In this document: positions 53,508 through 62,676 of the stretch, piece after piece
Numbering within the stretch: the stretch's first letter is position 1
How the letters are laid out: each line of letters opens with the position of its first letter
Source of the DNA: Patescibacteria group bacterium
GTDB lineage: Bacteria > Patescibacteriota > WWE3 > UBA101185 > 2-01-FULL-41-18
Reading direction: 5' to 3'
DNA: 64,000 nucleotides
Assembly: GCA_038064575.1 (NCBI GenBank)
Contig: JBBTST010000002.1
Coordinates: forward strand, 9,992-73,991
Program-made: the position numbers and the translations under genes
The notes under the pieces: model-generated
Told to the model about the DNA's origin: nothing
The model's input: the letters and a program-made list of their open reading frames with translations, nothing else
The model's database searches: none

Positions 53508-55907
53508 ATGGTGAGGAGGGTGCTGCCTAAAAACATAAGAGAACAAATATTTAACTCAATTTGGAACCTGCCTGTTTTACTCTCAAACTTTCTAGTTGAG
53601 GGGTTGTTTTTTATTCAGGATAAGCTTACTTCCGATTATTATTACATGGCCTCAAATTTTACTAAATACTTGGTTAAGATTAAGTTATACACTTTACACT
53701 CTTTTAAGAAGTTTAAAAGTGTGAGTGTGAAAGGTCTCTTAAGAGTTAATCTTTCTCCAAAGCATTTTTTGATTGAATGGGTTAAAAGATATTCAAAAAA
53801 TATTCTAAAGATAAAAAAAAGGCTGTTGAGCTTTAGGTTCCATCTTAAAAGACTTAATAAAAAAAAGGATAAAAATAAACAAACAAAATATTCTAAAATC
53901 AGGAACACTATTAGGAGAAAGAGAGTTCCAAGATGGTTTATATGGTCTATGTTTGGATCTATTACAACAATTATTTTTGTGGTTTTGCCATTAAGCTTAT
54001 ATATTTGGTTTAAAAGCCTTCCTAAGCCTGAATTAATAAATGAGAGTATTACAAAGTGCACTAAGCTTTTAGACAGAAAGGGTAAATTGCTATATGAGAT
54101 ATGCCCTGAAAAAAGAAGTGATCCCATAGAGCTTAGCCTAGTTTCCCCTTTTGCAATTAGTGCAACTATAGCAATAGAAGATGCTGATTTTTACAAACAT
54201 AACGGCTTTAAACTTTCAAGTATATTAAGAGCTGCTAATGAAACGTTCTTTAAAAAAAACCTTCAGGGGGGATCTACTATAACTCAGCAACTTGTGAAAC
54301 TTTCTTTACTTTCACCAGAAAGAACATTTTCACGTAAAATTAAGGAGCTAATTTTGGCTATTCTTGTTGAGAAGAAATATTCAAAGGACGAGATATTAAG
54401 TCTATACTTAAATAACACCCCATATGGGGGAAATCTGGTGGGGATTGAATCTGCTGCTCAGAAGTTTTTTGGAAAGAAAGCTCTTGATTTAGACTTATCA
54501 GAAGCGTCATTACTTGCGGGTTTACCTACAGCTCCCGGTATTTATTCTCCCTTTGTTTCATTAAGTTTGGCAAAAGATAGGCAAAAAATTGTTTTGGACA
54601 GAATGCTGACGCTTGGGCTAATTTCACAAAAAGAATTGGAAGATGCTTATTCTAAAGAATTGCAATTTATAGAACAGGGAGATTATATAAGAGCACCGCA
54701 TTTTGTTGATTTTGTTAGAGGAGAATTAGAAAGAGCATACGGATCAAGATATGTTAACTTTGGCGGGTTAACAGTGATAACCACACTTGATTTAGTTACT
54801 CAAGAGAAAGTACAAGAAATTCTTGAAGAAGAGCTTGCAAAAATAGAAAATCTGAGAGTTTCAAATGGGGCTGTGGTTGTGCTGAGTGCAAAAACGGGTG
54901 AGATAGTGTCCATGGTTGGATCAAAGGATTATTTTGATATTGAGAATAATGGGGTATTTAATGCATCGATTGCGTATAGACAACCCGGATCATCCATTAA
55001 GCCTGTAACATATGCCCTTGCGCTGACAAAAGGCTTTAAAACCACCAGTTTGATTGAGGACTCGCCGCTTTCTATCAAAGATGGTAACTCTTATTACACA
55101 CCTGTAAATTATGACGGTAGGTTTCATGGAAAAGTGACCCTAAGACAAGCGCTGGCCAATTCATACAATATACCAGCGGTTAAAGTTTTGATGAGTTTAA
55201 AGCTTGATGATATGGTGAAACTTGCAAAAAACATGGGACTTCAAACATGGGAAGCTGATGGAAATTATGGTGTTTCCCTGACCCTAGGAGGTAAAGAAAC
55301 CAGGCTGTTGGATTTAACCAATGCGTACGCCACGTTTGCCAGAAGGGGCCAATACACATCAACAAAAGCTATTTTAAAAGTAACAGATGGTAAAGGCTAC
55401 ACAATATTTGATAGAGATTATCTACCTTTAGATACAAAAAAAGCTTTGTCGGCAGAAGTTTCTTATATTGTTACGGATATTCTTTCAGACAATGGTGCAA
55501 GACTTCCGGCGTTTGGAATGAATAATTTTCTGAGTGTACACAATCATAGAATTGCTGTTAAAACAGGAACAACAGATAATAAAAGAGATAACTATACGTT
55601 AGGTTATACACCTTCTGTTGCGGTGGGGGTGTGGGTTGGAAATAATGACAATTCTCCTATGAATCAGGCACTTGCTTCCGGCTTAACCGGGGCAGCTCCT
55701 ATTTGGAATAGGACGATGAGTTTTGTGCTAAATGATAAACAACCGGAAGATTTTGATGTCCCACCCGGTGTTGTTGTTAAAACATACCCGGAGTGCGGTA
55801 ATATCAGAGAGGTGTTTCTGAAGGGAACTGAGGCAAGAAGTTTAAACTGTTTTAGTGGTGAGGCTAAAAAAGAAGACAAAAATAAGAAAGAAAAGAAGAA
55901 GACTTAA
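53508..55907 (+). CDS. Class A penicillin-binding protein (PBP1A-type bifunctional transglycosylase/transpeptidase)
   Basis: GT51 motifs IAIEDADFYKHNGF and GGSTITQQLVK; transpeptidase motifs SSIKP, SYN and KTGTT; N-terminal TM after a basic N-terminal extension. Confidence 0.8.
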   Translation: MVRRVLPKNIREQIFNSIWNLPVLLSNFLVEGLFFIQDKLTSDYYYMASNFTKYLVKIKLYTLHSFKKFKSVSVKGLLRVNLSPKHFLIEWVKRYSKNILKIKKRLLSFRFHLKRLNKKKDKNKQTKYSKIRNTIRRKRVPRWFIWSMFGSITTIIFVVLPLSLYIWFKSLPKPELINESITKCTKLLDRKGKLLYEICPEKRSDPIELSLVSPFAISATIAIEDADFYKHNGFKLSSILRAANETFFKKNLQGGSTITQQLVKLSLLSPERTFSRKIKELILAILVEKKYSKDEILSLYLNNTPYGGNLVGIESAAQKFFGKKALDLDLSEASLLAGLPTAPGIYSPFVSLSLAKDRQKIVLDRMLTLGLISQKELEDAYSKELQFIEQGDYIRAPHFVDFVRGELERAYGSRYVNFGGLTVITTLDLVTQEKVQEILEEELAKIENLRVSNGAVVVLSAKTGEIVSMVGSKDYFDIENNGVFNASIAYRQPGSSIKPVTYALALTKGFKTTSLIEDSPLSIKDGNSYYTPVNYDGRFHGKVTLRQALANSYNIPAVKVLMSLKLDDMVKLAKNMGLQTWEADGNYGVSLTLGGKETRLLDLTNAYATFARRGQYTSTKAILKVTDGKGYTIFDRDYLPLDTKKALSAEVSYIVTDILSDNGARLPAFGMNNFLSVHNHRIAVKTGTTDNKRDNYTLGYTPSVAVGVWVGNNDNSPMNQALASGLTGAAPIWNRTMSFVLNDKQPEDFDVPPGVVVKTYPECGNIREVFLKGTEARSLNCFSGEAKKEDKNKKEKKKT

Positions 55908-55964
55908 GCCTTTGGTTTACCCTTTACATCACCCGAAGAAATACCATATAATGCTCTTTGTTTT

Positions 55965-58913
55965 ATGAGCTACCTAAATAAAATTATAGTAAGAGGAGCC
56001 AGGCAGCATAACCTTAAAAACGTTGACCTTGAAATTCCTAAAAATAAAATGGTGATTTTTACAGGAGTTTCAGGTTCAGGTAAGTCCTCCATGGCAATGG
56101 ATACCATATACGCAGAAGGGCAAAGAAGATATGTGGAGAGTCTATCAGCTTACGCAAGGCAGTTTTTAGGCATAATGGACAAACCGGATGTTGATAGTAT
56201 TGAAGGCTTAGCACCCGCAATTGCAATTGACCAGAAAACCACTTCTCATAATCCTCGTTCTACAGTTGGTACTATTACGGAAATATATGATTTTTTCAGA
56301 CTTCTGTTTGCTAGAATTGGGCACCCTCACTGTCCAAATTGTGGAAGAGAAATAAAACAACAGTCTTCATCAGAAATTACACAAAAAATCTTGGAAATGA
56401 CTCCTTCCAAACGAGATAAAAAAGGTTTGAGAGCTCTTATTCTTGCTCCGCTGGTTAAGGATAGGAAAGGGGAGTATTTAAGCCTTTTTGAAAATTTAAA
56501 AAAGCAGGGTTATAGACACGTTAGAATAGACGGGAATATAAAAGTCTTATCAGGTGATTTGGGACTTATCAAGACTAATAAACATACAATAGAACTGGTT
56601 ATAGATAGAATAGTGTTGACCTCAGAAGTTATTGAAAGAAAAGACTTTTATTCAAGGCTTTTTTCATCAATTGAGGCTGCTCTGAAGTTTGGAAATGGTT
56701 ATGTTATTGTAGGTTTTGTATATGACAAAAACCTGGAGTTTCCAGAATTTCCCACTGAGTTTGAGGACCACCTGTTTTCTGAGCGATTTTCTTGTCCTAA
56801 TTGTAATATTTCTCTTCCGGAATTAGAGCCTAGAAGTTTTTCATTTAATTCTCCCCATGGTGCATGCACTTTCTGCGGTGGGCTTGGTACAACTCTTAAG
56901 ATAGATCCCACGCTCATTATTAATCCTAATCTTTCTGTTTTAGAGGGGGGTGTATTTCCATGGGCAAATATGGTTGAACATAATACTTGGATGTTAAAAA
57001 TTTTAGAAGCTGTAGCTTTGGAGTTTAAATTTTCACTCAAAGAGCCAATTAAAGACATGTCAGAGAAAAATAAGAAGGTTCTCCTGTATGGGGTAGACGA
57101 AAACTTCAGAATAAAAGTTAAGTCTGAAGGAGGGGGTTCTTACAACGCTCGTTTTGAAGGTGTAATTCCAAACTTGGAGAGACGGTACAAGGAAACTAAT
57201 TCAGAGTATATAAGAGGCGAAGTTGAAAAATATATGTACAAGGAACCTTGCAAAGACTGTCTAGGTGCAAGACTTAAAAAAGAGGCCTTATCAGTGGTAA
57301 TTGATAACTTCAACATTTTTGATATCTCCTCAAAACCTATAGTAGAAGTATCAAATTGGATAGATGCTATATTTTCAAAAAAGATTATTGGAGAGAGGGA
57401 ATCAAAAATTGCAACACCCATAATAAAAGAAATAAAAACCAGACTTACTTTTTTACTTGACGTTGGGCTTGATTATTTAAGTTTAAGCAGGGCTTCTGCA
57501 ACTTTAGCGGGGGGAGAAGCTCAAAGAATAAGGCTTGCTTCTCAAATAGGGTCCGGTTTATCCGGAGTTTTGTATGTGTTAGATGAGCCATCAATTGGTC
57601 TACATCAAAGGGATCAAAAAAGGCTTATAAAAACACTTCATCACCTGAGAGATCTTGGAAATACAGTTCTGGTTGTTGAACATGATATGGAAACAATGCT
57701 TGAGTCTGATTATATTGTTGATTTTGGTCCTGGTGCCGGGGAACATGGTGGGGAAGTAGTTGCTATTGGCACACCTGAAGAACTTAGAAACAATGCCAAG
57801 TCTCTGACAGGACTTTACTTAAGCGGAAAGCGCAAAGTTGGAGATGAGAAGCTTTTACTTAAAAGTGATTTAAGACTTAAGTTTTCAGATTCTTTGGTAA
57901 AAACAGGGAAAGAAATTCAAATTAGTGGTGCAAATGGGCATAATCTTAAAAATATCACTGTAACTTTTCCTCTGGGAAAGTTTATTTGTGTTACAGGGGT
58001 TTCAGGAAGCGGTAAATCCACGCTTGTAAATGAAACTTTATACAGAGCCTTAAGACAGGAATTTGGGTTAAAAAATGAAGAAAAGGCTAAGGAATATAAA
58101 AGTTTAATAGGCGCTTCACAAATTGACAATGTAATTGCGATTGACCAGTCTCCAATAGGAAGAACACCAAAGTCCAATCCAGCAACTTATACAAAAACTT
58201 TTGATTTCATCAGAGATCTTTTTTCTCAAACTAATGAAGCCAAGCTCAGAGGGTATGAACCCGGAAGGTTTAGTTTTAATGTAAAAGGGGGAAGGTGTGA
58301 AGCCTGCAGAGGTGAAGGTCAAATTAAGATAGAGATGCAGTTTATGCCGGATGTTTATATTAACTGTGAGGTGTGTGGGGGAAGAAGATATAACAGGGAG
58401 GCTCTTGAGATATATTATAAAGCTAAGAATATAAGCGATGTTTTGGATATGACAGTGGAGGAATCGTTAGAATTTTTTTCTAACATCCCACAGATAAGAA
58501 ATAAACTTGAAACTTTATATGATGTAGGGCTTTCATACCTTAAGCTTGGGCAACCAGCTCCCACTCTTTCAGGAGGAGAAGCTCAAAGGGTAAAGCTTGC
58601 AACTGAGCTTTCCAAACGGTCAACAGGAAACACTTTTTATATTCTTGATGAGCCCACAACGGGACTTCATTTTCATGATTTAGAACGACTTATTGCAATA
58701 CTTAAAAGACTTGTTGCTAAAGGTAATACCGTTCTAGTTATAGAACATAATATAGATGTGATTAGAAATGCCGATTATATAATAGATCTGGGACCTGAAG
58801 GGGGAGATAAAGGCGGGGAGCTTATTTTTTGTGGTGATATAAACGAACTACTAAAAAATAAAAAATCACACACGGCAAAAGTGCTAAAAGAAGAACTACA
58901 AAGGACCCAATAA
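55965..58913 (+). CDS. uvrA: Excinuclease ABC subunit A
   Basis: NLKNVDLEIPKNKMVIFTGVSGSGKSS…, two ABC ATPase modules, zinc-finger Cys clusters, and the C-terminal SHTAKVLKEEL. Confidence 0.9.
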   Translation: MSYLNKIIVRGARQHNLKNVDLEIPKNKMVIFTGVSGSGKSSMAMDTIYAEGQRRYVESLSAYARQFLGIMDKPDVDSIEGLAPAIAIDQKTTSHNPRSTVGTITEIYDFFRLLFARIGHPHCPNCGREIKQQSSSEITQKILEMTPSKRDKKGLRALILAPLVKDRKGEYLSLFENLKKQGYRHVRIDGNIKVLSGDLGLIKTNKHTIELVIDRIVLTSEVIERKDFYSRLFSSIEAALKFGNGYVIVGFVYDKNLEFPEFPTEFEDHLFSERFSCPNCNISLPELEPRSFSFNSPHGACTFCGGLGTTLKIDPTLIINPNLSVLEGGVFPWANMVEHNTWMLKILEAVALEFKFSLKEPIKDMSEKNKKVLLYGVDENFRIKVKSEGGGSYNARFEGVIPNLERRYKETNSEYIRGEVEKYMYKEPCKDCLGARLKKEALSVVIDNFNIFDISSKPIVEVSNWIDAIFSKKIIGERESKIATPIIKEIKTRLTFLLDVGLDYLSLSRASATLAGGEAQRIRLASQIGSGLSGVLYVLDEPSIGLHQRDQKRLIKTLHHLRDLGNTVLVVEHDMETMLESDYIVDFGPGAGEHGGEVVAIGTPEELRNNAKSLTGLYLSGKRKVGDEKLLLKSDLRLKFSDSLVKTGKEIQISGANGHNLKNITVTFPLGKFICVTGVSGSGKSTLVNETLYRALRQEFGLKNEEKAKEYKSLIGASQIDNVIAIDQSPIGRTPKSNPATYTKTFDFIRDLFSQTNEAKLRGYEPGRFSFNVKGGRCEACRGEGQIKIEMQFMPDVYINCEVCGGRRYNREALEIYYKAKNISDVLDMTVEESLEFFSNIPQIRNKLETLYDVGLSYLKLGQPAPTLSGGEAQRVKLATELSKRSTGNTFYILDEPTTGLHFHDLERLIAILKRLVAKGNTVLVIEHNIDVIRNADYIIDLGPEGGDKGGELIFCGDINELLKNKKSHTAKVLKEELQRTQ

Positions 58914-60651
58914 GGGAAAAACTCTCTATAAGCATGTTAGCTTTGTTTGGTAAAGTTAATTGCCTACTCACTCCCTCAAAATCTTTGTAGTTTAAGTCAT
59001 AAGGTGTTTTAAGCGTTACATTAGCTTTTGCTAAAGGGGGCAGAATCTTTTTTTCCTCTCCCACTTCAAATAAGGTGTAATTTCCCACATTTTGAATTTT
59101 AAAGTTTCTTGATTTATTGAGTATTTTGACTAAGTTTAAAGTTAAGCTATTAAATCCAGAAACTTGATAACTATATTTGTCAGTCACAGTTGAGTCCTGC
59201 GCAAAGGAAATGTCTATTTGGGGTTTGTTTGTATTGCCGGTTTTATAAGAGCCTGCGGGTTGAGGGTACTCAGAAGATAGGCCCTTAATAACAAAAGTAA
59301 AATGATTGTTATCGAGTTTTGAAAAGTAATCAAGCTGTGAAGTAGAGCCCCAGGTGGGATCAACTTCCACCCATCCAAAATTTGGATCGTAGAACTGGGC
59401 CCACGAATGAAGAATGTCACCATCCTTTAGGTTGACTGACAAAGGATTCAGGTTATTCCTGGAATATGCATACCCGTTTATTTCCCTGGCCGGAATACCC
59501 ATGGCTCTTGAGATTGAAATGAACAGGTCTACATATTCCATGCAGATTGCATCTTTTGGATTTTTCAGAGCTTGCAGTGAGCCAAGTCTTTCAACTGTCT
59601 TATTCTCCTCTTTCTCGCTTTTATAGCTGAGAGTGGAAACAACATACTGATAGACCTTCTGGGCATTTTGTGCAACGTTTATGTTCTTGTCATACAAATC
59701 TTTAGAAATCTTTTTAACCTCCTCCGAGTCCTTATCCCAATACCTTTGAGCATTTGTGTAATCCTTTATTAAGCTTTTTGGTATATCTGCCATGTTTCCT
59801 CCATCAGAAACCGCGATGTTTTTATTGTAGATTTTAACGCTTCCTATTAAGTTGATATCCATAGTTTCATTGGGGAGGAGTTTATAAGAGGCCAAATAGT
59901 TTCCATCATTATCTACTCTTATATTTACAGGTTTAGGAGTCAAATCTATGTAAGAGATGACCTGTTTTCCCTTTATGTCCGGAGGCAGAGCAATTTCTTT
60001 GCTTGTTGAGGAAATAGTTTTATTTTCAAGTTTGAAACTAATTTTGTAGTTGAGTTTTTGATATTTACCAAAAGACGCACTTATTGAGGATTTTGATGTT
60101 TCCTCAGTGCTAAAAATGTAGTAGGTAAAGTTTTTATCCGTATTGAGACTGTATTTATCAGGAATAACAAAGGAAGGCTCTCCCAAAGTTTTAGGTACTT
60201 TGAGTATTATTTGATAGCTTTCAACGTTTTCATTAAAAGATACCTTGGGTATAAACAGCTCCGTAATATTGCCTATTTTTTCAGCTACGTCATTAGTTTT
60301 GTATTTTAGTTTCCACTTTATTTCAGAGCCTTCACCTATAATTTTGTCATTGAAATGGACCTTGATGTTGGTTTTGTCATCTTTTGATTCAACATCTTTC
60401 TCCATAATACCTTTTGAGTCTGAGGCTTCTATGTCATAAGGCTTCATGTTAAAAATTGAAATATTGTATTCAGATGCAAAAATCTTTTGGGTTAAATTTT
60501 TAATTGTTGTTTCTTGAGTTACCTGCGTTTCTCCTTTTTCCAAAACCTCATAAGTTATTTTATAATAAGTAGTAAAATCAGCAGCAGTGACATGTGGCTG
60601 AAAATAAAGAAAGATTATCAGAGTAATTAAGAAACTTAGTTTATTTTTCAT
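58822..60651 (-). CDS. Secreted, C-terminally membrane-anchored protein with transglutaminase-like (Cys-His-Asp) core
   Basis: Signal peptide MKNKLSFLITLIIFLYFQPHVTA. Core …DAICMEYVDLFISISRAMGIPAR…ILHSWAQFYDPNFGWVEVDPTWG (C, H and D in transglutaminase-like spacing). C-terminal TM plus HHKK. The 3' end overlaps uvrA by about 92 nt. Confidence 0.6.
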   Translation of the reverse strand: MKNKLSFLITLIIFLYFQPHVTAADFTTYYKITYEVLEKGETQVTQETTIKNLTQKIFASEYNISIFNMKPYDIEASDSKGIMEKDVESKDDKTNIKVHFNDKIIGEGSEIKWKLKYKTNDVAEKIGNITELFIPKVSFNENVESYQIILKVPKTLGEPSFVIPDKYSLNTDKNFTYYIFSTEETSKSSISASFGKYQKLNYKISFKLENKTISSTSKEIALPPDIKGKQVISYIDLTPKPVNIRVDNDGNYLASYKLLPNETMDINLIGSVKIYNKNIAVSDGGNMADIPKSLIKDYTNAQRYWDKDSEEVKKISKDLYDKNINVAQNAQKVYQYVVSTLSYKSEKEENKTVERLGSLQALKNPKDAICMEYVDLFISISRAMGIPAREINGYAYSRNNLNPLSVNLKDGDILHSWAQFYDPNFGWVEVDPTWGSTSQLDYFSKLDNNHFTFVIKGLSSEYPQPAGSYKTGNTNKPQIDISFAQDSTVTDKYSYQVSGFNSLTLNLVKILNKSRNFKIQNVGNYTLFEVGEEKKILPPLAKANVTLKTPYDLNYKDFEGVSRQLTLPNKANMLIESFSLIGSFVVLLLALLPCVIFYFLVVRLYHHKK

Positions 60652-60691
60652 ACTGAGCGTTTAAGCTTTTACTAATGATACAATAGCTTTT

Positions 60692-62020
60692 GTGGTAACA
60701 GCAACCTTAAAACAAAAAATTTCTAATCTACCAAAAACACCAGGTGTATATATTTATTATGATTATACAGGGAATATTATATACGTTGGTAAAGCAAAAA
60801 GTCTTAAAGATAGGGTAAGCTCATATTTTGTATCAGAGATTAGGCAAGGGGCTAAAACTGTTGAGCTTGTAAAAAAAATAACTGACCTCTCCTTTATTGA
60901 GGTTCAAAGCGAACTAGAAGCTCTTATTCTTGAGTCAAACTTAATAAAAAAATACAGACCTAAGTTTAACATTAATTTAAAAGATGATAAATCCTATAGG
61001 TATATTTTTATTAAAGATGAAAAAATTGATGGGGAGATTTTACCTGTAGTGGGGATTGGGAGAGAAAATATTAAAGTCCTGCATGGAAAGTATGATGTGT
61101 ATGGACCCTATCCGCAAGGCAGAGTTGTTACTGACGTGGTGCGCTCTCTAAGAAAAATCATACCCTTCAGAGATTGTTCATTGGGAAAATATAAAAGATA
61201 CCAAAGACTTGAAGCCCCGTGCTTGTATGGGCACCTTAAGCTGTGTTCAGCCCCTTGTGTAAATTTGATTACCAAAGAAAAGTACAGAAAAAGCATTTCC
61301 TATCTTAGAAAATTTTTAAGAGGTGGGTCTTCTACTCTCATTCAAAGCTTAAAAAAAAGCATGATTAAAGCTTCAGCCAAGGGAAAATATGAGGAGGCTC
61401 TTTATTTTAGAGATATTTTAAGAAAATATGAGTATGTAAGACAAAGAGTCTTTCTTCCGGAAAGTTACCTTGAAAACCCTAATCTTTCTGAAGATTTAAG
61501 AGAGGAAGCTTTGAGGGGGCTTGTTAGAATTATTCCCTCTCTCACTCAAAAACCAAGAAGGATTGAGTGTTATGACATTTCAAACATTTCAGGTACGATG
61601 GCAACCGCCTCTATGACTGTTGCCATCAATGGAAGACCCGTCAAGGAAAACTACAGAAGATTTAAAATAAAATCAAAAGCTACTCCTGATGATTTTGAAA
61701 TGTTAAGAGAAGTAATGGCCAGGCGCTTAGATAGAACTGACTGGGAGAAAGCTGATTTAGTGGTTATAGATGGGGGAAAAGGACAGGTATCAGCTGTGCT
61801 TAAGGTAATGGAAGTTAAAAATGTTTCCGTCCCTGTAATAGGCTTAGCTAAAAGATTTGAGACAATTGTTTTCAAGGATGCAGGAAAATTTTATGAAGTT
61901 AATCTTGCATCCCGCAGTGAGGCTTTGAAGCTTTTACAGGTTTTAAGAGATGAAGCTCACAGGTTTGCCAAGAAATATCATCACCTACTACAGCTTAAAA
62001 ATTTAGATTTGCCAAAATGA
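60692..62020 (+). CDS. uvrC: Excinuclease ABC subunit C, short form lacking the C-terminal (HhH)2 domain
   Basis: GIY-YIG (GVYIYYDYTGNIIYVGKAKSLKDRV), a UVR domain (YEEALYFRDILRKYEYV), the RNase H-like endonuclease domain (RIECYDISNISG…YRRFKIK…DGGKGQ) and EAHRFA. The ORF ends about 20 aa after EAHRFA, and 16 nt before the next gene. Confidence 0.8.
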   Translation: MVTATLKQKISNLPKTPGVYIYYDYTGNIIYVGKAKSLKDRVSSYFVSEIRQGAKTVELVKKITDLSFIEVQSELEALILESNLIKKYRPKFNINLKDDKSYRYIFIKDEKIDGEILPVVGIGRENIKVLHGKYDVYGPYPQGRVVTDVVRSLRKIIPFRDCSLGKYKRYQRLEAPCLYGHLKLCSAPCVNLITKEKYRKSISYLRKFLRGGSSTLIQSLKKSMIKASAKGKYEEALYFRDILRKYEYVRQRVFLPESYLENPNLSEDLREEALRGLVRIIPSLTQKPRRIECYDISNISGTMATASMTVAINGRPVKENYRRFKIKSKATPDDFEMLREVMARRLDRTDWEKADLVVIDGGKGQVSAVLKVMEVKNVSVPVIGLAKRFETIVFKDAGKFYEVNLASRSEALKLLQVLRDEAHRFAKKYHHLLQLKNLDLPK

Positions 62021-62036
62021 TAGTATACTTATTCTG

Positions 62037-62456
62037 ATGAAGGTTTTTTTGAGAAATATCCTTTTTAGTTACATAGTATTGGTCTTCTTGGAAATTCATT
62101 TTACGGGTATAGAAATAACCTTTGATATTCAGAAAACGCTTTTATTAATGGCTCTTGGGTTAGGAATTATAAATAGTTTTGCAAAAGCTCTTATTAAACT
62201 TGTGTCTCTTCCTTCGAGTGGGATCTTTTACTTGGTACTTAATTTTTTTGTTAATTTGGTGGCGTTTTTTATGTTAGATAAAATCCTGGTTTCCTTTAGT
62301 ATATTGGATTCCAATATAACAGGTTTGAAACTTTTAGAGCTTATGATAAATTACTTCAACGTATCTGTGTTTTGGAGCTATGTGATAGTATCAGGGGTGT
62401 TTAGTTTGAGCCTTTTCTTCCTGAACTTTTTATGTACTAGCGGGAAAAAGAAATGA
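62037..62456 (+). CDS. Hypothetical small membrane protein (4 TM)
   Basis: 139 aa hydrophobic ORF whose stop overlaps the secG start. Confidence 0.4.
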   Translation: MKVFLRNILFSYIVLVFLEIHFTGIEITFDIQKTLLLMALGLGIINSFAKALIKLVSLPSSGIFYLVLNFFVNLVAFFMLDKILVSFSILDSNITGLKLLELMINYFNVSVFWSYVIVSGVFSLSLFFLNFLCTSGKKK

Positions 62457-62674
62457 ATTTAACTTTAATTTTAATGCTTAGTCAAATAGTTTTAAGCCTG
62501 GTAATTATTGTCCTAGTTTTGTTTCAGTCTAAAGGAAAAGGGCTCTCACCGGCAATTTCAGGTGTTGGAATGTATAGAACTAAAAGAGGTTTAGAAAAGC
62601 TAATTTTTATATTAACTATAGTCTTTTCAGTGGCTTTAGTGATTAATTCGATAGCTTTTTTTGTTTTAAAATGA
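62453..62674 (+). CDS. secG: Preprotein translocase subunit SecG
   Basis: 73 aa, two TM helices with the Gly-rich loop LFQSKGKGLSPAISGVG…RTKRGLEKLIF typical of SecG. Confidence 0.7.
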   Translation: MNLTLILMLSQIVLSLVIIVLVLFQSKGKGLSPAISGVGMYRTKRGLEKLIFILTIVFSVALVINSIAFFVLK

Positions 62675-62676
62675 TA

